In this document: positions 44,629 to 54,768 of the stretch, piece after piece
Layout: each line of letters opens with the position of its first letter
Numbering within the stretch: the first letter of the stretch is position 1
Source of the DNA: a virus
Taxonomy: Duplodnaviria; Caudoviricetes
Virus record (IMG/VR): IMGVR_UViG_3300025083_000025
Span: 1 to 60,040 of that record
DNA: 60,040 bases
Direction: 5' to 3' (one strand)
Notes under the pieces: generated by a model
Told to the model about the DNA's origin: nothing
What the model saw: only the letters and a program-made list of their open reading frames with translations
The model's database searches: none
Translations under genes and position numbers: made by a program

Positions 44629-46661
44629 TGGCTGATACATCCCAATTTATGGCAATAGGCCAGATGCCGTCTGTTGATTATGGTGCTATATATGAGCGCT
44701 CTAAACAACGCCGTGAACTGGAAGAGCAAAGAAAGTTAGATTACTTAAATCAGTTTCAGCAAGAGCGTGGTGCTTTTGCTCCCGGAGTAAAGGCTGAACT
44801 TCAAAAAGTTTATGACGATACTATCAAGGCAGAGTTAGATAAAGGCGACATGTCTTTTGAGGGTAAAGCCAGACTACAGCGAAACTATAATGCTTACAAA
44901 GATCTTGCAGCAAATGCACTTGACTACACTGGACGCATTAATGATTTCGAAGCGTCGATCATGGCAGATCCAAAATCATTCAACGATCCTGGTGCGCTCA
45001 TAGAAACATTAGGCGTCGCAAGAGATACTCAAATACCATTGAGTCAATTACCACAGATAATGCAAGACCTGCCTAATCCAAACGATTACCGCAGGTTTGA
45101 AGTAGCAGAGATGGCTCCAATGTCTGTGGCTGGTGACATACTAAAGAAGTTAAAGACTGAAGGTGGGGGTATTAATCGTTTCTACGACATGGCTAAGAGC
45201 GGTCAGATTGATCCAGCCTCAATTACTGAAACTGTAACAGCGTGGTTTGACGGTAATCAAATATCTCAAGAACAGGAGAACGAGGCTATTGCTTTTTCTA
45301 TGCGTCAGTTAGGTGCATTAGACCAAGACCTTACAGATTACTCTAAACTAAATCAGTTAAGTGAAGAGCAACGACTAAAATACCTACAGCAATATGCAGG
45401 ATATGTGACAGACGCTGTTACTAATTTATTAGCGGACGACATAACAACAGCGGCGGAACAAGCGCGTGCTGAGATGCGTCAGTTTGCTCAGAAAGAAAAC
45501 ATTAAGGCTGCGGCAAAGGCTCGATATAAAGGTGCGGATGGTGCTGGCGGTGATGCTGGTGCTCAAGGCTTCCAAGTAGGTGCATTAGAATATGTTCCCG
45601 CATATGGTACAGATGAAAGAGGAAAGGTAACCAATCAGTCTCGCAAAGATTATAAAGAGAAGTATGGAGACGATGGTATAGCACAGGCTCAAACTGATCT
45701 CTTTAAAAACGTAAGTTACAGCCAGCCTACTATTGTAAGTAGAAAGGGAGATAACAATGTATACACTGTAGAGTCTCTTGCTATAGGTCCAAACGGAGAA
45801 AAGTTAGTGTCTCTTCGTTTTAATCAAGAGGTTGCTGGAAAGAAAAAGAGTGTAAGAACTATTGTTGATTTTGAGGATATCAAAAATGAAGGAATCAAAG
45901 GAGGACAAAAAGCAGTAGACAGAATAAGTAGTGACCTTGAAGGTATGTCAGCATATTGGACAGAGAATATCTTCCCTACGAAGAACCAAGTTGCTCCTGT
46001 CACAGAAGATCAGGTTATTATGCCAACAGCGACGGGTATAATAAGCAACATTGATAACAGACTTAATGGAATAGATGGAGAGGGAATACCTGCTGAAACA
46101 CCTGTTGCAGAAGAAACTGTTGAGGAAGCGTCATTAGTTTTACCAGAAGGATTAGACCTTGGTGGCATCATGACCAGAAAAGATGCCAGTAGAGTTGCTA
46201 TGGATTTAGCAGAACAAAAATACATAGAAGAAAACTATGGTGGTCAAAAAGATTGGGATCGTTTAATGGGTTCTGCAAAAGGTAGGTTAGCAAAACCCTT
46301 TACGGAGTTAATACTTGCAGATGAGCGTTCAGGATATCAGCAAGAACGACGTGGTCAAGAAGCAAAAACAAAAGAAGAGGAAGAGTATATACAAAATCAG
46401 TTGATGCTTACGACTGAGGATAATGCTAATTTCGAGGTTACATCAATGAAAGGATTCGATCGTCTTAGTGAAGAGGGTAAAGCCAACGCGATTGGTAAAT
46501 ATCAAGATGAATTAATAAAGAGATTAAGAAAGAGATTTGATCGTGGTGTTATGCCAACTGGGAAACCTCTGGCTAATGCAATAGGAGACATTGTTAGAAA
46601 TGAAATGCGGCCTTTCTTTGCGGACGCACAATTTATAGATGAAGAATTCTTTGTTGATTAA
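44628..46661 (+). CDS. Putative internal virion protein
   Basis: 677 aa, helical, in the ejection-protein position. Confidence 0.55.
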   Translation: MADTSQFMAIGQMPSVDYGAIYERSKQRRELEEQRKLDYLNQFQQERGAFAPGVKAELQKVYDDTIKAELDKGDMSFEGKARLQRNYNAYKDLAANALDYTGRINDFEASIMADPKSFNDPGALIETLGVARDTQIPLSQLPQIMQDLPNPNDYRRFEVAEMAPMSVAGDILKKLKTEGGGINRFYDMAKSGQIDPASITETVTAWFDGNQISQEQENEAIAFSMRQLGALDQDLTDYSKLNQLSEEQRLKYLQQYAGYVTDAVTNLLADDITTAAEQARAEMRQFAQKENIKAAAKARYKGADGAGGDAGAQGFQVGALEYVPAYGTDERGKVTNQSRKDYKEKYGDDGIAQAQTDLFKNVSYSQPTIVSRKGDNNVYTVESLAIGPNGEKLVSLRFNQEVAGKKKSVRTIVDFEDIKNEGIKGGQKAVDRISSDLEGMSAYWTENIFPTKNQVAPVTEDQVIMPTATGIISNIDNRLNGIDGEGIPAETPVAEETVEEASLVLPEGLDLGGIMTRKDASRVAMDLAEQKYIEENYGGQKDWDRLMGSAKGRLAKPFTELILADERSGYQQERRGQEAKTKEEEEYIQNQLMLTTEDNANFEVTSMKGFDRLSEEGKANAIGKYQDELIKRLRKRFDRGVMPTGKPLANAIGDIVRNEMRPFFADAQFIDEEFFVD

Positions 46662-46674
46662 TAAATTTATATAA

Positions 46675-49600
46675 ATGGAAGATCAAGACTTACTATCAGT
46701 ATTGCAAGCGGCTTACGATCGTGGTGTTACACTGGAGCAAATTCAACAGGCTCTAAATGATGATCCTAATGTAGAACAGGGGGCGTTACAAGTTGCAGAA
46801 GATTTCTTTTTAAAAAAAAAAGACTCTTCGGAAAGTTCACAGGCAGGAGATCTCGTGGTATCAGAATCAGAATCGGTTCAAGATACTATGGCATCTCCTT
46901 CTACAGCAGTCGACTCTAACTCTGGATTTCTTTTACAGGACGGTCTTACATCTTTATCAAATGCATACGATCGTGGTGTAAACCTTTCTCAAATTGAGCA
47001 AGAGTTTCAGGACAATCCTGAATTCGTAGCCTTAGCAAAGGATTACTATAAAACTTTAGGCTCTCGTGTTTGGGATGACCCGCGCGAAGAAGGCATGGGT
47101 ATTATCATTGATGATAATCCTAATATGCTTGGTCGCCTATGGAACAGAGGGGCTGCTTCAGGACGTCTGGCTGCTGAGATAGCCAAGGGTGAGGCAACTG
47201 GATACATGAATTGGGAAAACATTGCGTACCTAAACAGCATTATGCAACGCGATGGAGTAAAGAAAACAGGTGAGGAGAACCCTGTTTTTGATTTTGCTGG
47301 TGATGTAGTTCGGGCAATACCCGAATCTTTAATATCAATGGCAACGAGTATCGAGACTGGTCTTACTGGTGCGGCGGCTGGAGCCGGTACTGGAGCAGGA
47401 ATAGGATCTGTTGTGCCAGGGGTAGGAACAGCGCTTGGTGCAGGTACTGGTGCTGTCTCTGGTTTCTTTGGCGCATCATCTTTAGCAATTGAGTATGCTC
47501 ATTCTTTGATGGACGTCATCCGTGAAGAAGGTGTAAATGTTACAGACGGTGATCAATTAGCATTTGCATTTGAGGATGAAGAACTCATGGATCGTGCTCG
47601 CGAGAAAGGGCTAAAGAGGGGTATTCCTATTGCAATATTCGATGCTATCTCAGGGGGTATTGGCGGTAAGGTCGGAACAACCGTTGTAAAAAACATATCT
47701 AAATCAGCAACAAACAGAGCCGCTAAAATCTTAGCAGCAGAAACATTAACTCAAGGTGCACTTGGTGCAGGTGGAGAACTTTCTGGACAGTTGGTTGCAG
47801 GTGAAAAGATACGTCCTCGTGACATTGCTCTTGAAGCATTCGCTGAATTAGGTCCGGCTGCTCCTGTGATGGCATACAACCTTGCGGGTCGTATAAACAA
47901 AACTCCAGGAGAGTTAAAGTATGCTGACAACATAAAGGCTAAGGAGAATCAAAGTGATGTAGTAGAGGCCAGCAATGCGGTAGATGCTATACCGGAGATG
48001 TCTAAACTAAATACAGAGATAGAAGAACTTGAGGCTGTAAAACCAGTAGACAAAAATGAAGCCCGTGTCAAGAAACAAAAACTTAGAGAACTTAGAGATA
48101 AGAAGTATGATCTAAAGGCTGACCTTTCTGAGAACTACTTAGCCCTTGATGAAGAAACCCGAAAAGAAGTAAAGGCAAAGTTGGCTATGATAATGGTCAA
48201 CGACCAAACAATCTCTACTCAAGGGGCCAACCCTGAACTTTCAAATGTTCTTCGTGAAGAAAATAAAAAACTAAAGGCTGAGATTAAAGAAACAATAACC
48301 GGAAAAACATCAAGCAATGATCAAGCAAGTGGGCAAGAAGTACAGGGTGACATCGAAGCAAGGCAAGAACTTGGGGACGTACCCGACACTGAAGGAAGCG
48401 CAACGCCGGTTACAGTTAGTGGAATACTTCAAGCGCGTGAAGAAGAAGGGCAAACGCAAGGAGAATTAATTGAAGGGGAAGCAACTGAGCGCTCATCATC
48501 TTTCTTAAACATAAAAGATAGAGAGGGCCAAAGCCTTAATCTTTATGACCCTAACGATGCTGCTGCTTTACGTCGTGCTTTAGACGAAGGTGAGTTCAGA
48601 GCCGGGGAAAGAGAGTATTTAGAAAATATGATTCTTGCTTCAGAGTCATATCGCAAGTCAATACCCGAAGCAAAGATGTTTATTATTGGCTTCGGTAGAG
48701 AGGGATATCAAAATGCACTTGACCGTGTTGGATTTGGAAGAGAGGATATAGATATAGAGGGTAATAAAATACCGAAGGATGAGCAACGGGCAACTTATGG
48801 AAAAACCTCGCGTTACAAAAACAGTGTAAAAAATGTAGGTAAAATAGCATTAGAAGTACCAGTGGAAACTTCTCTTTATGGCGAGGCTCAAGGCCGTGGA
48901 GCAGGGGAGAAGTTTACGGGTATCCAAACAGCGTATCATGAAATCTTTCACAATGTTTTAAATCAGCATTTTGGGGAGAACCTATCTGATTACAATCAGT
49001 TAAGAAAGTTAGTGATTCGTCAACTCGCAGAGTCAGATGTTAAGCAATTAAATGATTTTGCAAAAAGATATGCAGATGCAGATGATGTTACTGGTACACT
49101 ACCTTCTGAGGAATTCATGGTTCAGTTGTCTGGTCTTCTCGCGAATAAAAACATTAAGTTTGATCCATCTTTCTTAGAACAACTAAAGGCATTTATAGGT
49201 AATATAATCAGAAAGGCTACAGGCGGCACTATAAATTTTGACATTGAAACTAAATCAGGTAAAATAAAACAAGACTTGGTGGATGCTTCATTGGCTCAAG
49301 ATCTTGCTAACTATTTAAAAGGAACCTCTGAGGCTATGCGTCTTGGTGCTGATGTTAGAGAAGTTTCACAGCCTGCGGCTCTAAGAACAGAGCGTTTCCA
49401 AAGAACAAGACAAGAGATGACGTTTGGTCCTGATGATGAAATGGGCAGTCTTAGTGAGGCAAAAAATGCTGCGAGTCTACCTGATCCTGAAAACTATGAT
49501 AGAACACTTGACCCCGCAGAAAAACTTTTAAAAAGTATAAAGGATAAGACTCGTAGTATTACAAGAGGATTAGAAAAAAAATTAAACACTGGTCTTAGAA

Positions 49601-52600
49601 AAGTTAGAGCAGAGGTTCTATCTGCGATGGAATTCAAACAGTCTGCTAACATACCATATCTAAAGAACCTTGCCAATAGACTTAAAAATGTTCGGAAGAT
49701 TACTGATAAGATGACACCAGAACAGCGCGATGAAGTCTATGAGGCCTCAGATGCATTCTTGTTTGGTGAAGATCAGAAGACCAGGGACGAAGGGATTGCA
49801 AGATTAAAAGAGATTAATGAGACACTTGCTCAGGAAGTAAGTATCATGAAACAAATTAGAGATTTTTACCAGGGACAGTTTGAGTCTGACCCTATGTTTG
49901 ATGTACTTCCTGATGAGTTGATAGATATCATAAAAGATAATTCCCAGTTCTATGGCACCACAACTTATCGTGCGTTTACCGATCCTGATTTTAAGTTTGA
50001 TAGTGAGTTAGGGAAAGCGGCAGAGCAGGTAATGGTACTGGAAGCCTTGGAAGAGGTGTTTATAGAGTTAAGCGATCAATTAACTCTTGCTCCAGAAGGG
50101 ATGAAAGTCCTGGCTGAAATGCGGGAAATGAAACTTGATCCGCGTAAACCAGATGATGTTAAAAAATATGTAGAGGCCAAGAAGAAATCTTTAAACAAGG
50201 GAATAAAAGATCTTTCAAAAGAGGGTAACACTTCGGCACTTGTAACAGCGACAGAAAACCTTAAAGCATTTTCTGAAAAAGATTTAAAAACAATACAAGA
50301 AGAAATAGATGCTGCATTTCTTGCTGAAAAAATACAAGCGCAAAATTTACGTTGGGATACAGACGAAGGGCTTTTCGCTTATATAGACAAAGTTGAGGCC
50401 CCTGCGATTGAGGCCCAGGTACGGAAATACATTAAAGACATACAGATAACGTCTCGTCAAAACATTAATAATGCTGACAATGGTTTTGTTAAAGACAACA
50501 GTTTGGGTGGACTTAGAGTGCCTACGAGATCCTTTAAGGGTAAGCAGGATCTACCCGTTGAATTAAGAACATTTTTAGGCGAGGAAAGAAATCCATTTAT
50601 AAAGTTTACTACCACTGTAAACAACTTAGCCAATATCTATGGGCAGTATGGATTAGTTTCAAGAGTAAACAAGGCAGGGCAAAACGCAGGCACAGGTGAC
50701 ATAATTGTTACTAAGGCTATTGCTAATGCGATCATGAATGGAATCTATTTATTAGATAAGAAAGGAGATACGTTGCCGGTATACATGAATGACGTCAATG
50801 AGGTCTCTGCACGATCACAAAAAGAACTGATATATTTAGCAGAAGGCCTGGGCTTAAAAAGAAGAGACGAGTCGCTTACAGATTTCTATGACAGAATAGG
50901 GATTGAGTATAAAGAAAAAGAGTACCAGACTAAAGTAATGTTTGTCGAGGGTAAAGTCGACAAGGTAATTGAGCCGACTAATTTTAATCAGTTCCAAAAA
51001 TTAAGTGATGCTATAGAGATTTACTTTAGAGAAAACTATACATCAGTTCAAGATAACAACTCACCTCTTAAAGGTCAGTCTATTAATAATGATTTTGTAG
51101 AAGCCTTAAAGATGACGCCACTGTATGCTGCAAAGAACCAGGGTATGCGAATCTACTATGGTATCCTATTGCAAATGCGTAGAACACGGGTGCTCTATAA
51201 CCTACCTACCTGGAGAAAGAACATCATGGGTGGTTGGTATTTCCTGGCTGCTAATGGTATACTTCCTATTGGAGAGAACTTAGGTGGGTATAATGTTATA
51301 AAAGATCTAAGGACACGACTAAAGAAAATGAAGGACGGGGAGTACACTGACCCCCAAATACAAGAACACTTTGAGACAGCGGCTAAGTACGGACTATTTG
51401 GTAGTTCTATTAGTCTGGCTATGTTTGAGAACATCAATAATTCTTTCTATTCTCAGATGAGTGGAGAGAACCCCAATAAAGCATGGGGGTGGATGAAACA
51501 AAAATCAAAAGACTTAGCATATCAGTACGGTGCAATAGATGACTATACTAAATTAGTAGGCTTCCTTGCGAAGAGAGAGAACTTTGCGAAGCGTTTAGCC
51601 TCTAATCCAGAAGGCAAACCATTTAGTGAGTTAAATCCTCAAGAGCAAAACGAAGTAAACGAGATGACAGCGGAGAGAGTAAAACAAAACTTCCCGACAA
51701 TGTCACGTATACACCCTGCTTTCAGAGGCGTTATGCAAAGTCCTTTCGGGGATTTCCTTTCGTTTAGACTGGAGTCGTTCCGTAGTTTTCTTTCTGTATA
51801 TCAAAATGCAGTAAGTGATATAAGAGAGGGTGCAACTAATGAAAGTTTAACACCATCACAAAAGAAAGCATATATCCTCGACGGTACGAAAGCACTGGTT
51901 ACTGGATCAGCAATGGCGGGTATGTCTGCTGTTGGTTACACAATGATGGGTGAACTTGTTCGTAGTCTAACTGGAAAGGAAGATGAAGATGAGCAAGAAT
52001 TAGCAGCAACTGCAAGAGGTGTTAACATGATACTCCCCCCATGGATGCAAGGCGCTAACATTGTCCCTATTGAAATGAATAAGAATGGCGAGATTCGTTT
52101 TGTAAACATGAGTTCGGAAGATCCTTACGATGAGATACAGGGATTGATATATGGTCGTGACGGAATCAATAGGCTCACTCAAATCAGTGAGATACTCTCA
52201 GACTTTACAGATCCTAACATGGCGGTTAAACTGGTATTTAATTTAGCCAAGGGAGAGAACCAATACGGACAACCAATAAGAAACAGCGATGATCTAAACT
52301 GGTTTTACAGACACTTGATTCCTTCTTCTTACTTAGACTGGGATAAGACTACCGGCACCTATGTTTTAAAAGAAGTATTCATACCACCCAACATTGCTTT
52401 TATTGAGCGTACTCTAAGAAAGAGAGCAAAGGAAATACAAGATGCAGAGAAAGCAGGACGTGATCCAGAGTTAGAACCTTTGAATGCACTTCAATTAGGT
52501 ACTAACATATTCTTTAGAGACTACCCTGTAAATATTGCAAGTCAATTTGGTTGGAATCTTAAAGACAAAAACTTTAGAGAGAAGTGGGAAGATCTTCCTG

Positions 52601-52791
52601 AAAACAGAAGAACAGTTCGTAAGGCACATCTCGATGAGGTTAAGCAGGCTTATCAGTATGGGGTAACTTACGGTGAGGCTAAAGACAATTATGATATGAT
52701 TGATAAATTCGAAGATCAAGTTCGTCGAAAGTTCGGTCGTAGCCCAGCAGAATTAGATTACATCCTGTATGACATGGAGTTACCAGATTAA
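46675..52791 (+). CDS. Large internal virion protein with zincin-like HExxH motif
   Basis: 2038 aa; Gly/Ala-rich membrane-like segment; AYHEIFH...SEEF; no RNAP DxDxD-type catalytic loop recognised. Confidence 0.65.
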   Translation: MEDQDLLSVLQAAYDRGVTLEQIQQALNDDPNVEQGALQVAEDFFLKKKDSSESSQAGDLVVSESESVQDTMASPSTAVDSNSGFLLQDGLTSLSNAYDRGVNLSQIEQEFQDNPEFVALAKDYYKTLGSRVWDDPREEGMGIIIDDNPNMLGRLWNRGAASGRLAAEIAKGEATGYMNWENIAYLNSIMQRDGVKKTGEENPVFDFAGDVVRAIPESLISMATSIETGLTGAAAGAGTGAGIGSVVPGVGTALGAGTGAVSGFFGASSLAIEYAHSLMDVIREEGVNVTDGDQLAFAFEDEELMDRAREKGLKRGIPIAIFDAISGGIGGKVGTTVVKNISKSATNRAAKILAAETLTQGALGAGGELSGQLVAGEKIRPRDIALEAFAELGPAAPVMAYNLAGRINKTPGELKYADNIKAKENQSDVVEASNAVDAIPEMSKLNTEIEELEAVKPVDKNEARVKKQKLRELRDKKYDLKADLSENYLALDEETRKEVKAKLAMIMVNDQTISTQGANPELSNVLREENKKLKAEIKETITGKTSSNDQASGQEVQGDIEARQELGDVPDTEGSATPVTVSGILQAREEEGQTQGELIEGEATERSSSFLNIKDREGQSLNLYDPNDAAALRRALDEGEFRAGEREYLENMILASESYRKSIPEAKMFIIGFGREGYQNALDRVGFGREDIDIEGNKIPKDEQRATYGKTSRYKNSVKNVGKIALEVPVETSLYGEAQGRGAGEKFTGIQTAYHEIFHNVLNQHFGENLSDYNQLRKLVIRQLAESDVKQLNDFAKRYADADDVTGTLPSEEFMVQLSGLLANKNIKFDPSFLEQLKAFIGNIIRKATGGTINFDIETKSGKIKQDLVDASLAQDLANYLKGTSEAMRLGADVREVSQPAALRTERFQRTRQEMTFGPDDEMGSLSEAKNAASLPDPENYDRTLDPAEKLLKSIKDKTRSITRGLEKKLNTGLRKVRAEVLSAMEFKQSANIPYLKNLANRLKNVRKITDKMTPEQRDEVYEASDAFLFGEDQKTRDEGIARLKEINETLAQEVSIMKQIRDFYQGQFESDPMFDVLPDELIDIIKDNSQFYGTTTYRAFTDPDFKFDSELGKAAEQVMVLEALEEVFIELSDQLTLAPEGMKVLAEMREMKLDPRKPDDVKKYVEAKKKSLNKGIKDLSKEGNTSALVTATENLKAFSEKDLKTIQEEIDAAFLAEKIQAQNLRWDTDEGLFAYIDKVEAPAIEAQVRKYIKDIQITSRQNINNADNGFVKDNSLGGLRVPTRSFKGKQDLPVELRTFLGEERNPFIKFTTTVNNLANIYGQYGLVSRVNKAGQNAGTGDIIVTKAIANAIMNGIYLLDKKGDTLPVYMNDVNEVSARSQKELIYLAEGLGLKRRDESLTDFYDRIGIEYKEKEYQTKVMFVEGKVDKVIEPTNFNQFQKLSDAIEIYFRENYTSVQDNNSPLKGQSINNDFVEALKMTPLYAAKNQGMRIYYGILLQMRRTRVLYNLPTWRKNIMGGWYFLAANGILPIGENLGGYNVIKDLRTRLKKMKDGEYTDPQIQEHFETAAKYGLFGSSISLAMFENINNSFYSQMSGENPNKAWGWMKQKSKDLAYQYGAIDDYTKLVGFLAKRENFAKRLASNPEGKPFSELNPQEQNEVNEMTAERVKQNFPTMSRIHPAFRGVMQSPFGDFLSFRLESFRSFLSVYQNAVSDIREGATNESLTPSQKKAYILDGTKALVTGSAMAGMSAVGYTMMGELVRSLTGKEDEDEQELAATARGVNMILPPWMQGANIVPIEMNKNGEIRFVNMSSEDPYDEIQGLIYGRDGINRLTQISEILSDFTDPNMAVKLVFNLAKGENQYGQPIRNSDDLNWFYRHLIPSSYLDWDKTTGTYVLKEVFIPPNIAFIERTLRKRAKEIQDAEKAGRDPELEPLNALQLGTNIFFRDYPVNIASQFGWNLKDKNFREKWEDLPENRRTVRKAHLDEVKQAYQYGVTYGEAKDNYDMIDKFEDQVRRKFGRSPAELDYILYDMELPD
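48317..48469 (+). CDS. Nested +1-frame small basic protein (50 aa)
   Basis: MIKQVGKKYRVTSKQGKNLGTYPTLKEAQRRLQLVEYFKRVKKKGKRKEN lies inside an acidic linker of the host ORF. Confidence 0.55.
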   Translation: MIKQVGKKYRVTSKQGKNLGTYPTLKEAQRRLQLVEYFKRVKKKGKRKEN

Positions 52792-52833
52792 CTCAGCCTT
52801 CTCAACTAACAACCAGAATCTTATTTTTGTATA

Positions 52834-53064
52834 ATGAAGTGGAAACAAATATTTAAGGACAGCAACGATTGGAATGAGAAGAGTATTCTTGGTGCTGTCT
52901 CTTTTGCTGTAATGGTTTTGGTAATGGCTCTTGACCTTATCACTGGTGCATTTGGAAAAGATTTAGTAATTAATGAAAGCGTCTATAATTCTTTCGTGTA
53001 TGTCACGATTGGTTGTTTTGGAATTGCTGGAATAGAAAAGTTTGCTAAAAGGAATGGTAAATAA
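52834..53064 (+). CDS. Putative holin
   Basis: 76 aa with two hydrophobic segments and a basic C-terminus; TATTTTTG at 52822. Confidence 0.6.
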   Translation: MKWKQIFKDSNDWNEKSILGAVSFAVMVLVMALDLITGAFGKDLVINESVYNSFVYVTIGCFGIAGIEKFAKRNGK

Positions 53065-53335
53065 TAATGAGATATCAGAAAATACTGTAATAGGTTTATC
53101 TCTAAAAACTGTAGGTATGATTATCGGGGCTGCAATAGTTGTAACCCTGGGGTACTTTGATCTCAAAGCAGGTGTAGATGAAGCAAAGAAACTGCCCGTA
53201 CCTGTTATTAGTCGCACTGAGTTTGATTTAAAAGATGAGTTGATTCGTGAGACTATCATGAACACACAGACTGATGTAGGAGATATTAAAACTCAACTCG
53301 CTCGAATGGAACAGCGCTTGTTTGAGATGAAATGA
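53054..53335 (+). CDS. Single-TM coiled-coil membrane protein (lysis module)
   Basis: One hydrophobic segment followed by a heptad-like tail. Confidence 0.55.
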   Translation: MVNNNEISENTVIGLSLKTVGMIIGAAIVVTLGYFDLKAGVDEAKKLPVPVISRTEFDLKDELIRETIMNTQTDVGDIKTQLARMEQRLFEMK

Positions 53336-53679
53336 AAAACACTATCCTCATATTACTTATGGTAATGATGTTTCCGTCATCGGTAACTACAGAGGTTAGT
53401 CAGATTAATATTAAAGGAGTTGTAGTAGTACACTATAATGCTACATGGAATTCTTCCAACAACTATGTATCAATAACAAACATCAATGGCGCAAAAATCT
53501 TACGCGCTTGGATTGATAAGGACAATACCGTTAAGGAATCAGAAAACATACACGCTGTGCCTACAGTCATATTGTATAATGATGGCAGAGAAATAGAGAG
53601 ATGGGAGGCTGACTTATCTATGAGGTTAGGCATTCATTACTCGACTATTCAAACATCAATAGATAAACTAAATAGATGA
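53332..53679 (+). CDS. Thioredoxin-fold protein lacking CxxC, with N-terminal signal
   Basis: VVVHYNATWN...IHAVPTVILYNDGREIER; contains no cysteine. Confidence 0.6.
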   Translation: MKNTILILLMVMMFPSSVTTEVSQINIKGVVVVHYNATWNSSNNYVSITNINGAKILRAWIDKDNTVKESENIHAVPTVILYNDGREIERWEADLSMRLGIHYSTIQTSIDKLNR

Positions 53680-54092
53680 AATGGCTAACCGGATTAATCA
53701 TAGTGCTATCATTAAGCAGTTGCAGCGCTCAGTGGCACCTCAGAAAAGCAATCAAGAAAGACCCGTCGATGTTAAGAAAAGACACGGTTGTTGTTACGGA
53801 TACGATTGTAACTGCTCCGGTCTCGGTGCGTGACACCATAACACTTCAACAGCGGGATACTATTACCATTACTAAAGACAGACTTAAAGTAAATATTGTA
53901 CGCTCTTTCGACACTATCATGGTGGATGCGATATGCGACAGCGATACTATTGTACAAGTAATAGAAGTACCTGTGCCATCCCTCGTTATGAAGGACAGCA
54001 ACAGGTGGTACAACAAGGTATACAAGGTTTCTTTTTACCTTTTGTTACTTCTACTTCTTCTTCGCTTCTTTCGGAAGCATCACATAATTTAG
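53676..54092 (+). CDS. Putative unimolecular spanin
   Basis: Lipobox LSSC, beta-rich DT-repeat body and a C-terminal TM segment (FYLLLLLLLL) followed by basic residues. Confidence 0.6.
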   Translation: MKWLTGLIIVLSLSSCSAQWHLRKAIKKDPSMLRKDTVVVTDTIVTAPVSVRDTITLQQRDTITITKDRLKVNIVRSFDTIMVDAICDSDTIVQVIEVPVPSLVMKDSNRWYNKVYKVSFYLLLLLLLLRFFRKHHII

Positions 54093-54094
54093 AC

Positions 54095-54193
54095 TCAACT
54101 TCCGCAGGCTTCACAGTCTGAAGGGTTCTCAAAATTACACGTTGGTTGTTCAGCGGACTCAAGTTCCGATACGAATGATTCGAAGTCTTCCAT
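54095..54193 (-). CDS. 32-aa peptide resembling the ribonucleotide reductase alpha C-terminal tail
   Basis: MEDFESFVSELESAEQPTCNFENPSDCEACGS; upstream TATCTTCG (54245-54238). Confidence 0.6.
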   Translation of the reverse strand: MEDFESFVSELESAEQPTCNFENPSDCEACGS

Positions 54194-54258
54194 AATGGTT
54201 TAAAAAAGGTTTAATCCCCACGAAATTGTGGGAACTTCGAAGATACAAAATACCTTGA

Positions 54259-54768
54259 TTATGGTTTCAATTCGTAATAAGGTGAGTATGCGTATCTTAG
54301 GTTCCAGGCCTTCACTTCTGCTGGTGTAAAATCGCCTACAAGGTAATCTTCGGGTGATGTAAACAGTATAAATACTACTATATCAGAGACCTCTTTATCG
54401 ATAGCATATTTGTTTGCCTTGAATGTATTCTCACAAGTCTTAATACTGATCTTTTGAGTCTCTCCATTCTTTACTACATGAATGTCCGGATCATCTGTTA
54501 CATCCTTTGTTTGTTTCAACAGCGTAGACACTGTGTATCTTGAGTACTCTGGTGTGATTTCATAGTAGTACCTTACTAACAACTCTCCAAGTATCCCTAA
54601 GTATTCAGTGTAATATTCACGAGGTACCTCACCCAGTAGTAAGGATTTTTTAGTTCCGGTCCTCTGTTTGTTTGTCCCCTCATATCTTTTCTTATTCGCT
54701 TCTATTCTCCTGAGAGTTAAGTCATCAGAATATTCTTTAAGATAAGACGGGATAGGTAGCCGGTTCAT
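54259..54768 (-). CDS. Putative PD-(D/E)XK-fold endonuclease
   Basis: GILGE...DPDI...ISIKT arrangement of candidate catalytic residues. Confidence 0.45.
   Translation of the reverse strand: MNRLPIPSYLKEYSDDLTLRRIEANKKRYEGTNKQRTGTKKSLLLGEVPREYYTEYLGILGELLVRYYYEITPEYSRYTVSTLLKQTKDVTDDPDIHVVKNGETQKISIKTCENTFKANKYAIDKEVSDIVVFILFTSPEDYLVGDFTPAEVKAWNLRYAYSPYYELKP

Noticed and set aside
46675-52791. crAss-type virion RNA polymerase
   Set aside because: No DxDxD-type catalytic loop was recognised, and host-type promoters are found throughout.
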